Positions 19,139 to 29,152 of a DNA stretch of 57,993 bases are shown here, one piece after another (positions within the stretch are counted from its first letter, which is position 1; the number at the start of each line of letters is the position of its first letter). The position numbers were made by a program, and so were the translations under genes. The stretch comes from Vicinamibacterales bacterium (GTDB taxonomy: Bacteria > Acidobacteriota > Vicinamibacteria > Vicinamibacterales > SCN-69-37), in the NCBI GenBank assembly GCA_046598935.1, contig JBKJHW010000088.1, forward strand, positions 1-57,993, written 5' to 3'. The notes under the pieces are model-generated. The model searched no databases, was not told the origin of the DNA, and worked only from the letters and a program-made list of their open reading frames with translations.

Positions 19139-19815
19139 TAGACAAACGGCAGCATTCTCCAGCGGACCTGCTTCTGGTAGCGGGTGTACGGGAGCCCGAA
19201 CTGAGCCACGAGCGAGCGCTCCTCGAACGGCACCGCGATCGCGAGATACAGCGTGCTGATGGCCGCAAACGAGAGACGAGTGCCGTTCATGTCGGGCACG
19301 GACCAGACAAGCAGCAGCCATGCCAGGTAGATCGGATGGCGCACGAGCCCGTACGGCCCATCGGTGCGCAGGCTGACGGCGCCTGTCGCCCGAGGCGGCT
19401 TGACGCCCGCCAGTTCGAGAATGCCCAGCGAGCCGGCCGACCAGGCGGTGAAGGCGATGCCGGTACACTGGCCGGCCCATGCAATCAGCGCGGCGGCGCC
19501 AGTGAGATTCCACAGGACACCGGGCACAGGCCGCCAGAACGCGGCCACGCTGAGAAAGAGCAGGCTCGCGATCCACACGTACAGCGTTCGCTCGGCATTG
19601 GGCGCCAACAGCCCGTTGATCCAGGCCTTTGCGCGTGACCGGGCGAGTATCGAGTGGTGGATCGCGAAGACGCTGAAGAGCAAGCAGTTGATCGCGAGGC
19701 CCCCGTACCCGGCTCCGGCAGCGGCCGGCTCGCCAAACGTGAAGAAATAGCGCCACAAGAAGTGGACGAGCGAAAACAGGAACACCGCCGCGCCGGTCCA
19801 GGCCATCACTGACAC
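19135..19815 (-). CDS. ICMT/PEMT-like membrane methyltransferase (MddA/nurim-like)
   Basis: FAIHHSILAR, ERTLYV, GPYGLVRHPIY and FEERSL motifs. Confidence 0.8.
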   Translation of the reverse strand: MSVMAWTGAAVFLFSLVHFLWRYFFTFGEPAAAGAGYGGLAINCLLFSVFAIHHSILARSRAKAWINGLLAPNAERTLYVWIASLLFLSVAAFWRPVPGVLWNLTGAAALIAWAGQCTGIAFTAWSAGSLGILELAGVKPPRATGAVSLRTDGPYGLVRHPIYLAWLLLVWSVPDMNGTRLSFAAISTLYLAIAVPFEERSLVAQFGLPYTRYQKQVRWRMLPFVY

Positions 19816-19852
19816 ACGCCCATTATAGGAACGACCTCATATCATAGGGACC

Positions 19853-21085
19853 GTGCCCAACTCACCGCGCGTGGCCATTACCGGAATCGGCGTTGTCTCC
19901 GCGTTCGGCGCCGGGCGGCAGACGTTCTGGGATCACATCTCCCGCGGACAGAGCGGCGTGCGGGCCATGCACGAGCTCGACCTCGCGCACAGCGCGTGCC
20001 GCGTGGCTGCGCCGGTCCCCGACGATGGGCTTGGCGGAGATGACGAACCGCGGCGCGCGGCGAAGGTGTCGAAGATCGCCGTGCTCGCTGCGCGCGAGGC
20101 GCTCGAAGACGCGCACATCGCTCCCGGCGATGTGCCGGATCTCGGCGTGATTGTCGGCAGCGGCGCCGGAGGAATCGACGTCGCCGAACGGCAGTATGGC
20201 GAGTTTTTCGCCGGTGAGTATCATCGCGTTTCGCCGTACGCGATCCCCGTATCAATCGTCGGCATCGTCTCGAGCGAGATCTCGATCGCGCTCGGGCTGC
20301 GAGGCATCAGCCACGTCATTTCGACCGGCTGCACGAGCTCTACCGACGCCGTCGGTTATGCCGCGTCGATGATCCGGCACGGCGAAGCCGAGGTGCTGCT
20401 GACCGGCGGCGCCGATGCCTGCGTCACGCCGGGAATGCTGTTCGGCTTCTCGCGGATGCGCGCCGTGGCCACCAAGTACAACGAACGACCGGCAGAGGCG
20501 TCGCGCCCCTTCGACCGTGCGCGCGACGGGTTCGTCCTGGGCGAGGGCGCATGGCTCATGACGGTCGAACGCGAGGATCGCGCCCGGGCCCGCGGCGCGA
20601 AGATCTATGCCTACGTGGACGGCTACGCGTCCACCTGCGACGCCTACCATCGCGTGCAGATGGATCCGGAAGGCACCCAGATCGTGCGCGCGATGCGGCT
20701 CGCGATCGAGCGCTCGGGGCGAGCGCCGGCGGATATCGGCTACGTGAACTACCACGGCACGTCCACGCAGCTCAACGACGCCGTCGAAGCGCAGTGCGTG
20801 GCGCGGCTCTTCGGCGATCACGCGGCGTCGTTGTGCGGATCGTCGACAAAATCGATGATCGGGCACCCGCAGGGCGCAAGCGGAGCCGCCGGTATCGTCG
20901 CGGCCGCGCTCGGCATGGCGAACGACTTGTTGCCGCCGACAATCAACCTTGCCGATCCGGATCCGGCCTGCGCGGGTCTCGATTTCATTCCACACGTCGC
21001 GCGCGAGCGCCGGATAGACGCCGCGCTGTGCAATTGCCTCGGGTTCGGTTCCAAGAATTCCGCGATTGTCTTGGGACGCGGATGA
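19853..21085 (+). CDS. fabF: Beta-ketoacyl-ACP synthase II-like
   Basis: Cys-His-His triad: STGCTSS, NYHGTST, KSMIGH; SRPFD and GFGSKN. Confidence 0.88.
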   Translation: MPNSPRVAITGIGVVSAFGAGRQTFWDHISRGQSGVRAMHELDLAHSACRVAAPVPDDGLGGDDEPRRAAKVSKIAVLAAREALEDAHIAPGDVPDLGVIVGSGAGGIDVAERQYGEFFAGEYHRVSPYAIPVSIVGIVSSEISIALGLRGISHVISTGCTSSTDAVGYAASMIRHGEAEVLLTGGADACVTPGMLFGFSRMRAVATKYNERPAEASRPFDRARDGFVLGEGAWLMTVEREDRARARGAKIYAYVDGYASTCDAYHRVQMDPEGTQIVRAMRLAIERSGRAPADIGYVNYHGTSTQLNDAVEAQCVARLFGDHAASLCGSSTKSMIGHPQGASGAAGIVAAALGMANDLLPPTINLADPDPACAGLDFIPHVARERRIDAALCNCLGFGSKNSAIVLGRG

Positions 21086-21093
21086 ACGGATAG

Positions 21094-22233
21094 ATGCTCG
21101 ACGTACTGATTGCGGGGGCCGGCCCGGCGGGGGCGATCGCGGCTCGCGCGCTGGCGCTTCGCGGCGCACGCGTGCTCCTCGTTGATCGCGAGACATTTCC
21201 GCGCGACAAACTGTGCGGCGATACGCTGAATCCGGGCGCCGTGAAGTTGCTCGCGGGTATTGGCCTGGCCGGCGGTGTTCTCGATACGGGATTGCCGATC
21301 GCCGGCATGCGCGTGACGGGGCCGGCGTCGTCCGTTGTTGCCCACTACAAAGATGGCTGCCGCGGTGTGAGCCTGCTGCGGCGCGAGTTGGACCATTGGC
21401 TCGTCGAACAGGCGATTGCCGCAGGCGCGCGTTTCGAGCCCGGGCTCGTGGCGCAAAGTGCGCTCACGATCGAGTCGCAGCAGACGACGGCCGTGCGCGG
21501 CCTGGTGTTGCGCGACCGCGCAGGCGTCGTCACGCGGATGCCGGCGTCGGTGACGATCGCGGCCGATGGACGCAGGTCGGCCGTCGCGCGATCGGTCGGT
21601 CTCGGCACCCATCCCGCATCGCCGAGGCGTTGGGCGTACGGCGCCTACTTTCGCGCCGATGCGCCGGCCGGGAGCGAAGTCTTTGGCGAGATGCACGTGC
21701 GTTCCGGCTGGTACGCGGGTGTTGTGCCTGTGCCCGGCAATCTCCTCAACGTCTGTGTCGTCGTCGATCAGCCCGAAGCCGGTAGCCAGCCGCTCGATCT
21801 CATACGGAGATGCCTCGCCAAAGACCGCGAGCTTGCGCGACGGTTTGGCGGGCGCGAACCCGTCGCACCGGTGTCGATTCTCGGCCCCCTGGCGGTCGAT
21901 TCACGGTCTGCCGGCGTACCTGGGCTCTTCACAGCGGGAGATGCAGCGGGTTTTGTCGATCCGATGACCGGTGATGGCCTCAACCTGGCGATGCGCGGCG
22001 CGTTGCTGGCCGCGGACGAATCGATGCGGGTCCTGGAAACGGGAGACTGGCACGGTGCGGTCGAACGTCTAAACCGTCGAAGGGTGACCGAATTAGGGCC
22101 GAAACTTCGCTTCAACCGCTTTGTGCGCGCGATGACGGCTTCCGCGGTGGGCGTTCACGCAGCGGGCCTGGCGGCCCTCGTTGCGCCGGGTCTCGTGCGA
22201 AAGTTGATCGTGGAGGCTGGAGACGCGGCATGA
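21094..22233 (+). CDS. FAD-dependent oxidoreductase (geranylgeranyl reductase-like)
   Basis: GAGPAG, FPRDKLCGD, AADG and GDAAGFVDPMTGDG motifs. Confidence 0.88.
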   Translation: MLDVLIAGAGPAGAIAARALALRGARVLLVDRETFPRDKLCGDTLNPGAVKLLAGIGLAGGVLDTGLPIAGMRVTGPASSVVAHYKDGCRGVSLLRRELDHWLVEQAIAAGARFEPGLVAQSALTIESQQTTAVRGLVLRDRAGVVTRMPASVTIAADGRRSAVARSVGLGTHPASPRRWAYGAYFRADAPAGSEVFGEMHVRSGWYAGVVPVPGNLLNVCVVVDQPEAGSQPLDLIRRCLAKDRELARRFGGREPVAPVSILGPLAVDSRSAGVPGLFTAGDAAGFVDPMTGDGLNLAMRGALLAADESMRVLETGDWHGAVERLNRRRVTELGPKLRFNRFVRAMTASAVGVHAAGLAALVAPGLVRKLIVEAGDAA

Positions 22234-22733
22234 GGACGCAAGTGTTCGTGCTGGCCGCGATTTTCGGGCTGATGATCGCCGAGTGGCGCGTTTCCGGCCG
22301 GCACGAGGCGCGTTTGATCGAGCTGGGTGCAACAGACCCGCCCGAGCCGCAGTATTTGTGGATGGCTGTCGCGTATCCGCTCTCATTCCTCCTGATGGGT
22401 GTGGAGGCATGGTGGCGGCATGCGGAAATCGGCGGCGCCTTCGTTTCCGGCGCGCTCCTTTTCGTCGCCGCCAAGGCGCTCAAATACTGGGCCATCGGAT
22501 CGCTCGGCGAACGCTGGACGTTCCGCGTTTGGGTACTTCCCGGGGCGCCGCTCGTGGCGATCGGCCCGTACAAATACATCGCGCATCCGAACTACGTGGC
22601 GGTGGCGGGCGAGCTTGTCGCGGCGGCGCTGATGATGGGCGCGTTCATTGCCGGACCGGTCATGACCGCCGTGTTCTGCGTGTTAATGTGGCGGCGAATC
22701 CGATTCGAAGAGCACGCGCTGGCGCGCTCCTGA
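22230..22733 (+). CDS. ICMT-family methyltransferase (SrsB/BpsB-like)
   Basis: WAIGSLGERWT, GPYKYIAHPNYVAVAGE and RIRFEE motifs. Confidence 0.85.
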   Translation: MRTQVFVLAAIFGLMIAEWRVSGRHEARLIELGATDPPEPQYLWMAVAYPLSFLLMGVEAWWRHAEIGGAFVSGALLFVAAKALKYWAIGSLGERWTFRVWVLPGAPLVAIGPYKYIAHPNYVAVAGELVAAALMMGAFIAGPVMTAVFCVLMWRRIRFEEHALARS

Positions 22734-22766
22734 AAGAGTGAGCCGGCTGGCGGGTTATCAAGAACG

Positions 22767-25316
22767 ATGACAACGATCAAACGGACACTCGAAATGGCGA
22801 CGAAGCGGATCACGCTGGCGGGGCTCGGCGTGATCGTTGCCGGCGTCGCGATTCTCGCGCAGGCGCAGTCGGCCGCGCCTCAACCGCCGCCGGCTCCGCT
22901 CGTGCGCGCCGTCAGATTTGCGCTCGGCCATGGCAGTGCTGATGAAGCCCGCCGGCTCATTCAGCAGTCGCGCGCCAACGCCAACAAGAAGGCGATCGCC
23001 ACGGCGGTCGTCGCGATTTACGAAGGCAAAGATGAAGACGCGCGCCGCGCGCTTACGCCGCTCACGCACGGCGAATCCGCCGACGACGACGCGTTAGTCG
23101 AGCTGGGACTGATCGAAATGCGTCACGGCCGACATGACGAAGGCAATACGTTGTTGCAGCGCGTGATCTCCTCGCAGGCCGATCTCGACACGGACGGCTT
23201 CCTGCGCCTCGCGCGTGCAGCGGAAGCGACCGGTGACATTAACCTCGCAAACTCGGTCTTCCAGCGAATCGGTTCCGCCAGCGAAGATCGCCCCGACGTG
23301 CAGGCGCAGTGGGGCGACCTGTTTCTCAAAGCGCACGACAAGGCTCAGGCCGCGAGGAGTTATCAGGACGCGCTCCGCGCGGATCCCGCATGGATTCCGG
23401 CACTCCTCGGAAACGCGCGCGCACTCGGCGACGATGATGCGAAGGCCTCCGGCGAGTCGCTCGGCAAGGCGCAGCAGCTCGCGCCAAAATCGCCGGACAT
23501 GTGGCTGCTGGTCGCGGAAGGTGAACTGGAGGCCCAGGACTTCGCGGCCACGAAGGTCTCGCTAGACAAGGTGGCGACATTCCGCGCGAACTCGCTCGAC
23601 GAACTCGCGCTGCGGGCCGCCGTGACCTACGCCACCGGCACCACGAAAGATGTCGAGCCGTTGCTCGGGCAGGCGGCCGCAATCAATCCGCGGAGCCCGG
23701 CTGTTGCGCGAGCCGTGGCCGCGCAGGCGGCACAGTTGTACCGATTCGACGATGCCGTGGCGTTGGCCAGGGCGGCGGTGAGAATCGATCCCGAAGTTCC
23801 GGGGCCGCATGCGGATCTCGGATCGTATCTGCTGCGGACCGGCGATGAAGCCGAAGCCCGCGTCGAGCTGGAAGCCGCTTTCAAGGCTGATCCCTACGAC
23901 ACGGTGACCTTCAACCTCCTCCAGATGCTCGACGGGCTTGAAAAGTTCACCGTCATCACAGACGGCGATCTGGTCTTCAAATTCACGCCGGAAAGCGCTC
24001 CGGTGCTGAAGCACTACGCGATTCCGGTCGCCAAGGAAGCGTTCGCGGAATACACGAAACGCTACGGCTTCACGCCGAAGGGCCCGATCTACATCGAGAT
24101 CTTCGATCAGCACGACTCGTTCGCCGTTCGCACGATCGGCTTGCCCGGTATCGAAGGGGCGCTCGGCGCGTGCTTCGGCCGCGTCATCGCGATGGACTCG
24201 CCGAAGGCGCGGATCCCGCTGGACTTCAGCTGGCAGGCCACGCTCTGGCACGAGATCGCTCACGTGTTCACGCTGCAACTCTCCGAATACAAAGTGCCGC
24301 GCTGGCTGACGGAAGGCATCTCGCAGTACGAAGAGCATCGCCGGTCCCCGCCCTGGGGACGCGAGCTGACGATGCAGTATGCGCGCGAGATGGCGCAGGG
24401 CCAGGTTTTTACGTTCAAGCAGCTCAGCGAGAGCTTCAAGAAAGCGAGCCGCATTTCGATGGCCTACTTCGAAGCGTCGCTCGTGGCCGAACAGCTTGAG
24501 CTGCTTGGCGGAACCGCTGCGTTGCAGTCGTTGCTGAAGAGCTACGCGGCCGGCGCCAATGACACGGAAGCGTTCACGAAGGCATTCGGCAAGACCGTTC
24601 CGGAGATCGAGGCGTCGTTCCGGGTGTTCACACAGCTGCGTTACGGCGCGCTGCGCGACGCGCTGAAGAACCCCGCTGTGCCGGTGGCTGAGGACGATCT
24701 CCCGGGTTTGAAAGCCCGCGCCGATGCGCAGCCCGGGAGCTACATCGCGCAGACGATGTATGGGACGGCCGCGTTTCAGGCAAAACAACTGGAAGAAGCC
24801 AAGCGCGCATTCGAACGCGCCGTCGTCCTCGCGCCGCCAGCCGGAGGCGAAGATGGTCCGTACGCGATGCTCGCTCAGATCGCGACCGAGACCGGCGACA
24901 AGGCCGCGGTTCGGCAGAATCTGCGGAAACTGCTGGACTACGATCACGACAGCGTGGCGTCGGCGCGCACCCTGGCGACGCTCGCGGCTGAAACAGGTTC
25001 GACGGCCGACCTCGATTTCGCTCTGACAAGAATCGCGGATCTCGATCCGTTCGATGCTGACGCGCACACGCAGCTCGGACGCCGCGAACTCGCTCAGCAT
25101 CGCGCGGCGCGGGCGATCATCGAGTTCCAGGTGGCCCTCGCGCTCGGACCCTCGAACAAGGCCGAAGCCCATACGGATCTTGGCGAAGCGTTCCTGAAGG
25201 CCGGCAAAAAAGACGACGCGAAAAAGGAAGCGCTGCTCGCGCTCGAACTGGCGCCGACCTTCGCGAGAGCACAGGACCTGCTGCTCGCCGCGATGGGAAA
25301 GGCGGGACAGCGATGA
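22767..25316 (+). CDS. Secreted TPR protein with a central gluzincin (peptidase MA-like) domain
   Basis: Signal peptide, TPR-like helices and WHEIAHVF…PRWLTEGIS. Confidence 0.85.
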   Translation: MTTIKRTLEMATKRITLAGLGVIVAGVAILAQAQSAAPQPPPAPLVRAVRFALGHGSADEARRLIQQSRANANKKAIATAVVAIYEGKDEDARRALTPLTHGESADDDALVELGLIEMRHGRHDEGNTLLQRVISSQADLDTDGFLRLARAAEATGDINLANSVFQRIGSASEDRPDVQAQWGDLFLKAHDKAQAARSYQDALRADPAWIPALLGNARALGDDDAKASGESLGKAQQLAPKSPDMWLLVAEGELEAQDFAATKVSLDKVATFRANSLDELALRAAVTYATGTTKDVEPLLGQAAAINPRSPAVARAVAAQAAQLYRFDDAVALARAAVRIDPEVPGPHADLGSYLLRTGDEAEARVELEAAFKADPYDTVTFNLLQMLDGLEKFTVITDGDLVFKFTPESAPVLKHYAIPVAKEAFAEYTKRYGFTPKGPIYIEIFDQHDSFAVRTIGLPGIEGALGACFGRVIAMDSPKARIPLDFSWQATLWHEIAHVFTLQLSEYKVPRWLTEGISQYEEHRRSPPWGRELTMQYAREMAQGQVFTFKQLSESFKKASRISMAYFEASLVAEQLELLGGTAALQSLLKSYAAGANDTEAFTKAFGKTVPEIEASFRVFTQLRYGALRDALKNPAVPVAEDDLPGLKARADAQPGSYIAQTMYGTAAFQAKQLEEAKRAFERAVVLAPPAGGEDGPYAMLAQIATETGDKAAVRQNLRKLLDYDHDSVASARTLATLAAETGSTADLDFALTRIADLDPFDADAHTQLGRRELAQHRAARAIIEFQVALALGPSNKAEAHTDLGEAFLKAGKKDDAKKEALLALELAPTFARAQDLLLAAMGKAGQR

Positions 25317-26320
25317 GCCGGCGGTCCGTTCTGATGGCCGCCGCACTCGCCAGTCTCGCGTGCCTGATTCCAGGCGATGCCGCCGCGCAGGCCGGACAGC
25401 GGTTCGCGCTGCTCGTCGAGGGCGCGCCCGGCGATCAGCCGCACGCCGACCTGCAGCGAAAGAACCTGGCGGCGCTCGTCAGCCGGTTTCGCGATGAGTA
25501 CAAGCTCGACAAAGATCACCTCGTGATCCTCGCGTCCACGCCGGAATCCGGCGAAGGCAAGGCGACGGCGATCGAAGTGAAGGCGGCCCTCGCGCGGCTG
25601 ACGCCGCAGGTCAAGGCGCTCGACACGTTCTTCGTGCTGCTGCTCGGCCACGGCAGTTGGGACGGAACGGACGCGAAATTCAACCTGATCGGGCCCGATC
25701 TCACCGCGAACGAGTGGGCCGGGCTACTCGCACCGGTCGCCGGCAAAGTCGTCTTCGTGAACACCACGCCGGCCAGCTCGCCGTTTCTCAAAGCGCTTTC
25801 CGGCGAGAAACGCATCGTGATCACCGCGACCAATCAGCCAGGCCAGAAATACGGCACCGTCTTCGCGGACGCGTTCGTGCAGGCGCTCGGCGCGACGTCG
25901 GCGGATCTCGACAAGGACTCGCGCATCTCGATGTGGGAGGCGTTCGCGTATGCGTCACGAGTCGTGCGTCTCTCGTACGAGCAGAGGCAGCTGATGCAGC
26001 CTGAGCGCGCCGTGCTCGACGACGACGGCGACGGCACCGGGCGGGAGGCGACAGGCGAAGGGAAAGACGGCACGCTCGCGAGCCTGACGTTTATCGATGC
26101 GGTCATCGCGTCACGTCCGGCTGATCCCGAGCTGCAGCAGATGGTGCAGCGGCAGGAGTTGCTGGTGATGCAGATCGACGCCCTGAAGAAAAAGAAGGCG
26201 ACGATGAAGCCTGCGGAATATCAGCCGGCCTGGGAAGCGCTCGTCGTCGAGCTCGCGACCGTGTCGCGCGAAGTTCGGGCCCGGATCAAGGGACCGGGCG
26301 GACCCGATCCCACCAACTGA
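25313..26320 (+). CDS. Secreted caspase/legumain-fold-like protein with a C-terminal coiled coil
   Basis: Signal peptide, LLLGHG, RIVITAT and ADLDKDSRISMWEAF; no catalytic Cys at the expected position. Confidence 0.65.
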   Translation: MSRRSVLMAAALASLACLIPGDAAAQAGQRFALLVEGAPGDQPHADLQRKNLAALVSRFRDEYKLDKDHLVILASTPESGEGKATAIEVKAALARLTPQVKALDTFFVLLLGHGSWDGTDAKFNLIGPDLTANEWAGLLAPVAGKVVFVNTTPASSPFLKALSGEKRIVITATNQPGQKYGTVFADAFVQALGATSADLDKDSRISMWEAFAYASRVVRLSYEQRQLMQPERAVLDDDGDGTGREATGEGKDGTLASLTFIDAVIASRPADPELQQMVQRQELLVMQIDALKKKKATMKPAEYQPAWEALVVELATVSREVRARIKGPGGPDPTN

Positions 26321-26960
26321 CGTCGGCGCGCTCGGGCCGGGCCAGGATGCGCCCGAGGATCGCGCCTGCGACAAACCCGCCGAGATGGGCAACAAACGCA
26401 ATGCCGCCCGTACCCGCTGTCGCGCCAAGCCCGCCGATGAGTTGAAAGAGAAACCAGAAGCCGAGGAACAGCACGGCGGGAATCTCGACGAAGTCGAGAT
26501 AGAAGATCAGCCAGATCAACATCACGACGCGCGATTTCGGGAAGAGCACGAAGTACGCGCCCATCACCGCCGCGATCGCGCCGCTCGCCCCGATGATGGG
26601 AATGAGCGAATCCGGAGCGGCAATGGCCTGCGACGCGCCTGCGGCCATCCCCGCCGCAACATAGAACAGCAGGTAGCGGCCATGCCCGAATCGGTCTTCG
26701 ACGTTGTCGCCGAAGATCCAGAGGAAGATCAGGTTGCCGAGAAGGTGCCCGATGTTTCCGTGCAGGAACATCGAGGAAAAGAGCGTCGGCGCGAGCCAGC
26801 CCGTTTCGCCGGGGACGATGCCTGCGGAGCGCACGAGTGCGTTCAACGGCTCGGCAGAGAGGGAAAGTTGGTAAAGAAAGGCGAGGACGTTCGCGATGAT
26901 GAGAGAGAATGTGACGAACGGCGTCGTGCGTGAGGGAATAACGTCACGAATCGGGATCAT
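26286..26960 (-). CDS. Rhomboid intramembrane serine protease
   Basis: SMFLHG, HLLGN, GASGAI and AHLGG motifs. Confidence 0.95.
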   Translation of the reverse strand: MIPIRDVIPSRTTPFVTFSLIIANVLAFLYQLSLSAEPLNALVRSAGIVPGETGWLAPTLFSSMFLHGNIGHLLGNLIFLWIFGDNVEDRFGHGRYLLFYVAAGMAAGASQAIAAPDSLIPIIGASGAIAAVMGAYFVLFPKSRVVMLIWLIFYLDFVEIPAVLFLGFWFLFQLIGGLGATAGTGGIAFVAHLGGFVAGAILGRILARPERADVSWWDRVRPVP

Positions 26961-27028
26961 TCGCCGGCGAGCCAGTATAACGAACGGAGTCGATGCCCCG
27001 TGGAGTACCTCGAAATGACGTGCCGGAA

Positions 27029-27238
27029 GTGACCTGCCGGAAGTGCGGCACCGAGATCGCCGCGAAAGCGATTATCTGCTACAAATGCGGGACCGCCGCG
27101 ACTGAGCCGGTGGGCGGAGGGTTCAACCCCGCTGCGCACGCCGGCAAAGGCGCCGGCGCTACAGTGCCGGCCTCCGTCTGGATCATAATGATGGGCGTCG
27201 TGGTCGCGGTCGCCGTCTGGTGGTTTCAATACCGCTAA
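27029..27238 (+). CDS. Zinc-ribbon protein with a C-terminal TM anchor
   Basis: CRKCG…CYKCG plus a hydrophobic tail. Confidence 0.7.
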   Translation: MTCRKCGTEIAAKAIICYKCGTAATEPVGGGFNPAAHAGKGAGATVPASVWIIMMGVVVAVAVWWFQYR

Positions 27239-27250
27239 TCTGGAGCGTGT

Positions 27251-28876
27251 GTGGCACATCTTGACGTCAGGGATACGACCGGCGATCGGCGCGTAAAGAT
27301 CGACCCGACGCCGTTTACGATCGGACGCCGCGAAACCAATCACCTGCCGCTCTCCGGCAGCGAGGTCTCGCGCGAGCACGCTGAGATCGTTCGTGTCGGC
27401 GAGGAATGGGTGCTGCGCGACAAGGCGTCGCGGTACGGCACGTTCGTCAACGGCAATCAGATCAGCGAGCAGACTCTCAAGCCGGGCGACCAGGTGCGGA
27501 TCGGCCGCGGCGGCGGCGCCGACCTGATGTTCGCGACCGAAGATCTGTCGGCGTCGCAGTTCAGGAGCAGCACCAGCGCCGTCGGTGATTTCCGTCAGGT
27601 CGCTGCGCTTCTCGAAGGGCTCCGCGCGCTTGGCTCCGGCCGCGTCTTGCAGGACGTGCTCGGGCTCGTGCTGGATACCGCCATTTCCATTTCCGGCGCC
27701 GAACGCGGCTTCATCATGCTGGCGGGCGTCGCGCTGCCGTCAGTGCTCGAGATGAAGCTCGCCCGCGGCCGCGCGAAGGAGACGCTCCCGGGCGCGTCGT
27801 TCCAGATCAGCCGCAAGATTCCCGAAGCGGCGTTCACGACCGGTGTGACGCAGGTCGTCGCCGACCTGCTCGACAGCGGCATGGCCGATGTTCATGCCGG
27901 CACGGTGGCGCTCGGGATCCGTCACGTCGTCTGCGCGCCCCTTCACCTCGTGCGCTATGTCGATGACGCGAGCGCCGGCGGAGAAGACCGGCGAATCGGC
28001 GTCCTCTATCTCGACAGCCGGGAGAAAGGCACGCTGACGTCGACGTCCACGCGCACCGCACTCGAGACGCTCGCGACTGAAGCGGCGGTTGCGATCGAAA
28101 ACGCGCGGCTGTACCGCGAAGCCACCGAGAAGGCGCGGCTTGATCAGGAGATGAAGATCGCCGCGGAGATCCAGGCGATGCTGCTGCCGCGGACGTCGGT
28201 GAATCGGCCGTTCGTTGAAGCCGCGGCTGCGACCGTGCCGTGCCGATCGATCGGCGGCGACTTCTTCGACTACGCCGAGCAGACGACCGGATGTTTTGCG
28301 TTCATGCTCGGCGACGTCGCCGGCAAGGGGCCGCCTGCGGCGCTGCTCAGCGCGTTGCTGCAGGGCATGTTTTCGCTCGAGGCGCAGGGATGCGACGAGC
28401 CGGCGTCGGTCGTCGGGCGCGTGAATATGGCGCTCTTCCGCCGCGGCATCGAATCCCGATTCGCGACGCTGTTCTATGGCGTCATGAGCAAGGAAGGCCA
28501 TCTCCGGTATTGCAATGCCGGACACAACCCGCCCTACATCGTCGGGCCCAGCCGTGTGGAGAAGCTCGAGGAGGGCGGGCCGGTTGTGGGGTTGCTTGGC
28601 GGACTGAAGTACTTGCAGGGCACTGCCGATCTCAAATCGGGCGACCGCATCGTGGTGTTCAGCGACGGCGTTTCCGAGGCGATGAGCGCGACGGGCGAAG
28701 AGTTTGGCGACGATCGTTTGCTCTCGCTCATCGAGACGGCGCGCGCCGCCAACAGTGACATCGATGCGACACGGCTGGTCGACGAATTGATCGCCGGCGT
28801 CCGCGTGTTTACCGCGGGCGCGCCGCAGAGCGATGACATCACCGCGATGATCGTGCGTTATCGGGCCGAAGCGTAG
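27251..28876 (+). CDS. FHA-GAF-SpoIIE (PP2C) phosphatase
   Basis: FHA motifs IGR, SREHA, GTFVNG; GAF motif GVLYLD; PP2C motifs GGDFFD, GDVAGKG, SDG, DDIT. Confidence 0.93.
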   Translation: MAHLDVRDTTGDRRVKIDPTPFTIGRRETNHLPLSGSEVSREHAEIVRVGEEWVLRDKASRYGTFVNGNQISEQTLKPGDQVRIGRGGGADLMFATEDLSASQFRSSTSAVGDFRQVAALLEGLRALGSGRVLQDVLGLVLDTAISISGAERGFIMLAGVALPSVLEMKLARGRAKETLPGASFQISRKIPEAAFTTGVTQVVADLLDSGMADVHAGTVALGIRHVVCAPLHLVRYVDDASAGGEDRRIGVLYLDSREKGTLTSTSTRTALETLATEAAVAIENARLYREATEKARLDQEMKIAAEIQAMLLPRTSVNRPFVEAAAATVPCRSIGGDFFDYAEQTTGCFAFMLGDVAGKGPPAALLSALLQGMFSLEAQGCDEPASVVGRVNMALFRRGIESRFATLFYGVMSKEGHLRYCNAGHNPPYIVGPSRVEKLEEGGPVVGLLGGLKYLQGTADLKSGDRIVVFSDGVSEAMSATGEEFGDDRLLSLIETARAANSDIDATRLVDELIAGVRVFTAGAPQSDDITAMIVRYRAEA

Positions 28877-28878
28877 CC

Positions 28879-29145
28879 GTGCGGGCCCGCTGGCTGGTGG
28901 TCGGGTGGATGGGCGTCGCCGGCGCCGTCTGGTGCGGGTTCTACGACATCCTGATCACCCGGGGCACGAAAGCGTATTTCATGTACGAGGCCATGGCGCG
29001 CGCCGGCGAGGGGCCGGCGCCGTCGCTCGAGCACGTCATGACGCAGACGTCGCATGACGCCAGAATCACCGCGTCGATGTGGGCTGCCTTCGTTCTGGCG
29101 GCCGGCTGGATCACGATCTGGGCGGCGAGGCGCCGGAGTTTCTGA
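28879..29145 (+). CDS. Small two-TM hypothetical protein
   Basis: Fills the operon gap; two hydrophobic segments. Confidence 0.6.
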   Translation: MRARWLVVGWMGVAGAVWCGFYDILITRGTKAYFMYEAMARAGEGPAPSLEHVMTQTSHDARITASMWAAFVLAAGWITIWAARRRSF

Positions 29146-29152
29146 CACGCAC

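Noticed and set aside
11585-25346. Long antisense ORFs (713, 684 and 594 aa, among others)
   Set aside because: They lie opposite well-identified genes, are Arg-rich with no motifs, and are expected in high-GC DNA.
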